DNA from: a virus
Lineage: Duplodnaviria > Caudoviricetes
Virus record (IMG/VR): IMGVR_UViG_3300021225_000313
Span: 1 to 53,639 of that record
Length of the DNA stretch: 53,639 nucleotides
Direction: 5' to 3' (one strand)
Below are positions 50,302 to 53,639 of the stretch, piece by piece. The translations under genes were made by a program, and so were the position numbers. Below the pieces are notes generated by a model. That model was not told the DNA's origin. It searched no databases and saw nothing but the letters and a program-made list of their open reading frames with translations. How positions within the stretch are numbered: position 1 is the stretch's first letter; the number at the start of each line of letters is the position of its first letter.

Positions 50302-50554
50302 TTTGTGTTTTGTTTGTTATACCCCTATCCGAAAAGGATGGGGGTTTTTTGTTGTTAACCCACAATGTTGTTTGGCATCGTATTACGTACATTTGTGTTC
50401 TGTGTAATTTGTTGTGGTTATTGATGTACTATCCCCTGGTGTTTCAACACTGGGGGTTTTGTATTACTGCCAAAGAAATTACAGAAAATAAATTCAAATA
50501 AAATTTGGTAGATTCAAATATTCGTTTTATCTTTGTATTCTAAACATAAACACA

Positions 50555-50791
50555 ATGGATAAAAAAACAATTAATAAAGTTTGGAATAAGTATCAAAAGA
50601 ATGAGTCAAATAACGACCATTCGGAGAATGTCTTATTACTCGCCAAAACATTTGGTACTGATGAGGATGTTGCTGAAGCAGAAGACATCCAACATAAACA
50701 TGATTCCATTGGATATATGACAACAGACCTTTTGAAAAGGAGGGATTTTTTACATAATAAATTTTATCCTATTCTTGTCCGTTTCAGATAA
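50555..50791 (+). CDS. hypothetical protein spanning the right edge of the GpC-poor zone
   Basis: Last TAnnTTTG promoter; ordinary Ala codons resume at about 50672. Confidence 0.7.
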   Translation: MDKKTINKVWNKYQKNESNNDHSENVLLLAKTFGTDEDVAEAEDIQHKHDSIGYMTTDLLKRRDFLHNKFYPILVRFR

Positions 50792-50823
50792 TTGTATTAC
50801 CTTTATATTCTAAAACAAACGAA

Positions 50824-51012
50824 ATGAAAAAGACGGTAACAATTTATGAGTTGTATGAAAAAGAGTTCAATCAGCCAACATTTATTGGGTTTCTGCAAGG
50901 TCATAGAACGCCTGACAGATTTCATGGGGTGACATTGAGCAAAAAAACCGCTGAACAGTGGGTGAAAAAAAGTGAAATGAATTATTATCGTATAAATAAA
51001 AGTGTAGAATAA
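50824..51012 (+). CDS. hypothetical protein
   Basis: TACCTTTA box at 50798. Confidence 0.65.
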   Translation: MKKTVTIYELYEKEFNQPTFIGFLQGHRTPDRFHGVTLSKKTAEQWVKKSEMNYYRINKSVE

Positions 51013-51064
51013 ATTTGGTAGATTGATATAAACGTATTACCTTTATATCCTAAAGATAAACAAA

Positions 51065-51229
51065 ATGAAGTATTTAGTAAGTTGGATAATTTGGGATAGA
51101 ACTAACCCTGAATGGAGACCTATTTATAAATTTCAAAAGTGTAGCACATTAATCAAAGCAAATAGAATGAAAACTAATCTATTAAAACAAACTTCTTTTA
51201 TAGAGGTAACAATAAGTGAAATAGTATGA
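51065..51229 (+). CDS. 54-aa protein absent from the ORF track
   Basis: MKYLVSWIIWDR...; promoter 51014-51045; ATGA overlap with the next gene. Confidence 0.6.
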   Translation: MKYLVSWIIWDRTNPEWRPIYKFQKCSTLIKANRMKTNLLKQTSFIEVTISEIV

Positions 51230-51528
51230 ACACACCTGTAAGTCCAAAATTAGATAAACTACTTCTTGATATGGGTATTGATATGCCTGTAAGCCCAACC
51301 ATTGCAGATGTTGTGATGTGGTTGTATGAGAAATATGGAGTTTGGATTGATGTTGATATCGAAGGAGAAGGCTTTGATATATTCTATTTTTTGGCATATA
51401 GAAACCATGAAGAGAGGGTTAAAGAGTATATGAAAAAATTAAATGACGAAAATTATCATACAAATTACAAAACGCCAAAAGAAGCATATGAAGCTGCAAT
51501 TGAATACACTCTAAATAATTTGATATGA
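51226..51528 (+). CDS. hypothetical protein
   Basis: PTIADVVMWL...TPKEAYEAAIEY. Confidence 0.7.
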   Translation: MNTPVSPKLDKLLLDMGIDMPVSPTIADVVMWLYEKYGVWIDVDIEGEGFDIFYFLAYRNHEERVKEYMKKLNDENYHTNYKTPKEAYEAAIEYTLNNLI

Positions 51529-51612
51529 ACAAAGAAATACTTGTAGAAGTTACTGTAAAATAAATTTGGCAGTTTAATATAAACGTATTACCTTTACATA
51601 AAATAACATATC

Positions 51613-51813
51613 ATGGAAATCTTAAAAGCAATTATTTTTTTTCTGAGCCTTATTCTTACAATTTTCTTTATTGGTAAATTGTTTTCATGGGGCGTTCATG
51701 AAATCAGTAATAAAGGTGTTAACAAAGTGACGGCAAATGATATCAATGAAGCAAATTTCTGTATGTTTGTCGCTTGTTGTGGATGGACAACATTGTATTA
51801 CCTATCATTGTAA
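51613..51813 (+). CDS. small membrane protein
   Basis: Two hydrophobic segments; promoter upstream. Confidence 0.65.
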   Translation: MEILKAIIFFLSLILTIFFIGKLFSWGVHEISNKGVNKVTANDINEANFCMFVACCGWTTLYYLSL

Positions 51814-51823
51814 ATGAAAAAAT

Positions 51824-52042
51824 ATGAAAAAAGAACTTACAAGTGGACAAAAATGGGATTTATTTTTTAGTGTATTCACAACAAATTGCCTTCTCCCAAT
51901 TATTTCTCTTTTTATCAAAAATTATTTGGAAGTTAAAAATACAGATTCAGATTGGATTGAATTGGTGTTACTTCTGTCAATGGTTATTTTCTCGACTCTT
52001 TACATATGTAGTTTGTTTTTTACTTTGAGAAAGTTTTGGTAA
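51824..52042 (+). CDS. small membrane protein
   Basis: Two hydrophobic segments. Confidence 0.6.
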   Translation: MKKELTSGQKWDLFFSVFTTNCLLPIISLFIKNYLEVKNTDSDWIELVLLLSMVIFSTLYICSLFFTLRKFW

Positions 52043-52053
52043 ATTGAAATAAT

Positions 52054-52284
52054 ATGAAATCAATAACTGCACTTGCAACAATCATGGCAATGGCATCACA
52101 ATACGATATGCCATCAGAATGGGGAAGAAACAATCTTCGCCCTGAAGATATTGATATGACACCGCCAAAGAAAATCATTCCCAAAGGATGTCAAGTGTTC
52201 AATATCAATGGGAAAGAAATTATTGCCATAAATGAAAAATCGGCACAAAAAAAATATCAGAAATTATTTGGTGGAACGGAATAA
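52054..52284 (+). CDS. hypothetical protein
   Basis: 76-aa ATG ORF. Confidence 0.65.
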   Translation: MKSITALATIMAMASQYDMPSEWGRNNLRPEDIDMTPPKKIIPKGCQVFNINGKEIIAINEKSAQKKYQKLFGGTE

Positions 52285-52316
52285 ACATTATACCTTTATA
52301 TTCTAAATAGATTAAA

Positions 52317-52820
52317 ATGATAATGAAAAAACTATCTGAAGACCATTACATCGTAATGGATGATTCAGAACCTGAAATTGGGGGCTGGGTGTACTCTATG
52401 GACGGTATACACCAATGGTTCGGTCAGGTATTAAAAACTGAGCCATTACCTAAAAAAATCACCCATTCAACAAACATAGATTGGAATGAGGTTTATTATA
52501 TTCCTTTATCAGAAGTAAAAGAACTTCTTGGTGTGGTGGATGTGGAGAAGAAAGGAGAAAAAAAATATCCAAAATCAGAATTTTGGGTGGGAAGTGGACC
52601 ATCAAGACTATATGATGAAAATGCAAAAGAGAGAAGATGCTACATAGAAGGTTACAAAGAAGCCCTTGAAGATAACAAGGAGAAGAAATATACAGAGGAG
52701 GATTTGATGAAGTTTTATAAATATGTAAAAACGCATACAGTAACAGAAGCTTTAAGGCATATTCAACCCAAAACAGAATGGGAAGTAGAATTAGTTGATG
52801 GTAAACTAAAACTAAAATAA
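52317..52820 (+). CDS. hypothetical protein
   Basis: 167-aa ORF after the TACCTTTA box at 52291. Confidence 0.7.
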   Translation: MIMKKLSEDHYIVMDDSEPEIGGWVYSMDGIHQWFGQVLKTEPLPKKITHSTNIDWNEVYYIPLSEVKELLGVVDVEKKGEKKYPKSEFWVGSGPSRLYDENAKERRCYIEGYKEALEDNKEKKYTEEDLMKFYKYVKTHTVTEALRHIQPKTEWEVELVDGKLKLK

Positions 52821-52872
52821 ATTTGGTAAAATTAAATAAACATTATACCTTTACATTCTAAAACACAACACA

Positions 52873-53088
52873 ATGACATTACTTGAAATTATATTAATAA
52901 TATCAAACATTACTTGTATTTTAATTTATATTGTTGAAAGAGATACAAACAGGACATCAGTTGAATCCTATCAAAAACATATTGAGGCGTTGAAAGAACG
53001 TATTGTGGCGATGGAAAAAGAAATTGAATATGATAATAATGCATTTCAACGCATTGCAAATAAATTGAGTTATCTTAAAAGACACTAA
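52873..53088 (+). CDS. membrane-anchored coiled-coil protein
   Basis: N-terminal TM helix; promoter upstream. Confidence 0.65.
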   Translation: MTLLEIILIISNITCILIYIVERDTNRTSVESYQKHIEALKERIVAMEKEIEYDNNAFQRIANKLSYLKRH

Positions 53089-53098
53089 AAAAAATAAT

Positions 53099-53302
53099 AT
53101 GGAAAAAAGAATTACATATTTGGAAAGTCTTGTCCCAAAAGATGTGGACATAAATAAATTGTATTATCCCAATTTTGCAAAGTTTGCTAATTACATGGGT
53201 AATGGTGTGTATTCTTACAGAGGGATACATTCAACAAACACAAGAGAATTGTTTTTAATGACAAGTCTAAGACAACTCAAAATAAAATACAAAGAAATTT
53301 GA
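53099..53302 (+). CDS. hypothetical protein
   Basis: 67-aa ATG ORF. Confidence 0.6.
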   Translation: MEKRITYLESLVPKDVDINKLYYPNFAKFANYMGNGVYSYRGIHSTNTRELFLMTSLRQLKIKYKEI

Positions 53303-53355
53303 TAATATCAAATAAACGTTTTATCTTTACATCCTGACTACTAAAAATAAACAAT

Positions 53356-53484
53356 ATGAAAGCAACATTAGTAAAACATTCAAGTAACTACTTTGGATTC
53401 AGAAAAGACAAAATGTACCACAATGGTACCCTTAAAACAACTCTGTCATTTGCATTTGGTAAATTCAGATTGTTATTGTATTAA
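53356..53484 (+). CDS. 42-aa protein absent from the ORF track
   Basis: MKATLVKHSS...; TATCTTTA box at 53322. Confidence 0.5.
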   Translation: MKATLVKHSSNYFGFRKDKMYHNGTLKTTLSFAFGKFRLLLY

Positions 53485-53492
53485 AAACACAC

Positions 53493-53598
53493 AGTCAGGT
53501 GGCGAAATTGGGTTAAAGCGTGGGTTCATTCAATTATTGGTAATAAATCAAGATAATTGATAGACTCAGATTTGCAGGTTCGAGTCCTGTCCTGACAT
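53493..53598 (+). ncRNA. tRNA-like RNA with extended, non-canonical anticodon arm
   Basis: Acceptor stem GTCAGG/CCTGAC, TGGCGAAATTGG D-region and GCAGG-TTCGAGT-CCTGT T-arm; no 7-nt anticodon loop. Confidence 0.65.
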
Positions 53599-53626
53599 CC
53601 CCAATCGAAAGGTTGGGGTTTTTTTT
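53599..53626 (+). terminator. rho-independent terminator
   Basis: CCCCAATC-gaaa-GGTTGGGG-T8. Confidence 0.85.
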
Positions 53627-53639
53627 ATCACACAATCTG

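Larger units (their letters stand above)
36917..50477. promoter_or_regulatory. dispersed GCCAANGAA motif (31 exact copies seen)
   Basis: Plus-strand G at 38224, 38541, 38819, 39184, 39557, 39898, 40226, 40719, 41423, 41949, 42449, 42713, 43033, 43657, 44064, 44713, 45033, 45995, 46569, 46910, 47555, 48033, 48558, 49652, 50469; minus-strand copies start at 36917, 37629, 38025, 41261, 49262, 49333. Confidence 0.9.
37677..50535 (+). promoter_or_regulatory. array of about 26 Bacteroidota sigma-A type promoters (TTTG-N20-TAnnTTTG)
   Basis: Example 39593-39624: TTTG gtagtttcaaatgtcttaca TATCTTTG; each followed by a (t)ctaaatca A/C-rich leader and ATG. Confidence 0.9.
36544..50670. other. GpC-depleted region
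   Basis: About 42 GC dinucleotides by eye in 14.1 kb, about 37 of them in or abutting GCCAA/TTGGC; CG, GG and CC are abundant. Confidence 0.9.

Noticed and set aside
36917-50477. Eukaryotic NFI or CCAAT sites, implying a giant eukaryotic virus
   Set aside because: The GCCAA half-site resemblance is outweighed by bacterial promoters, intrinsic terminators and peptidoglycan hydrolases.
37677-50554. CRISPR array
   Set aside because: The repeats are degenerate promoter and terminator elements separated by whole genes of variable length; no cas genes are present.
37677-50554. Classical integron with attC sites
   Set aside because: Each unit has its own promoter, I see no consistent RYYYAAC/GTTRRRY pairs, and there is no integrase in the window.
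36544-50670. Alternative genetic code or low G+C as the cause of missing alanine
   Set aside because: ORFs read cleanly in the standard code with TAA, TGA and TAG stops next to terminators; GC is missing in all frames and intergenic DNA while CG, GG and CC are common.
2234-53151. Many short ORFs in the track that overlap longer genes (e.g. 2234-2479, 9851-10147, 31995-32444, 37645-37968, 38586-38837, 48132-48461, 50051-50392)
   Set aside because: They are antisense or out-of-frame shadows of better-supported genes, or run backwards through promoter-terminator spacers.
53493-53598. Assigning an amino-acid identity to the tRNA-like element
   Set aside because: No canonical 5-bp stem with a 7-nt anticodon loop can be drawn.

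Overview
This AT-rich, gene-dense window looks like part of a large tailed-phage genome infecting a Bacteroidota host. The basis is canonical TTTG-N20-TAnnTTTG promoters, A/C-rich leaders without Shine-Dalgarno sequences, endolysins, a holin-like gene and an HNH gene. No capsid, terminase or polymerase gene is present, so the phage assignment is inferred. Three zones: (1) 1.3-10.7 kb, eight co-oriented glycosyl/methyltransferase genes. (2) 11-36 kb, auxiliary and lysis genes, many preceded by a sense-strand TATTTAT motif; about 18 unrelated proteins share a short N-terminal leader (MKIIISESQL-like or LNEEIxRIKxMM-like) that may be a capsid-targeting propeptide. (3) 36.7-53.6 kb, an early-type array of single-gene units (terminator, motif, host promoter, small ORF). 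The strongest signal is about 14 kb (36544-50670) from which the GpC dinucleotide is almost eliminated, leaving the proteins essentially alanine-free. Nearly all surviving GpCs lie in a GCCAANGAA motif, mostly 35-36 bp upstream of the promoter -33 box. Some 3' UTRs there are antisense to the shared early leader. A tRNA-like RNA with an aberrant anticodon arm lies at the right end. All counts were made by eye and product calls come from motif recognition, not database searches.
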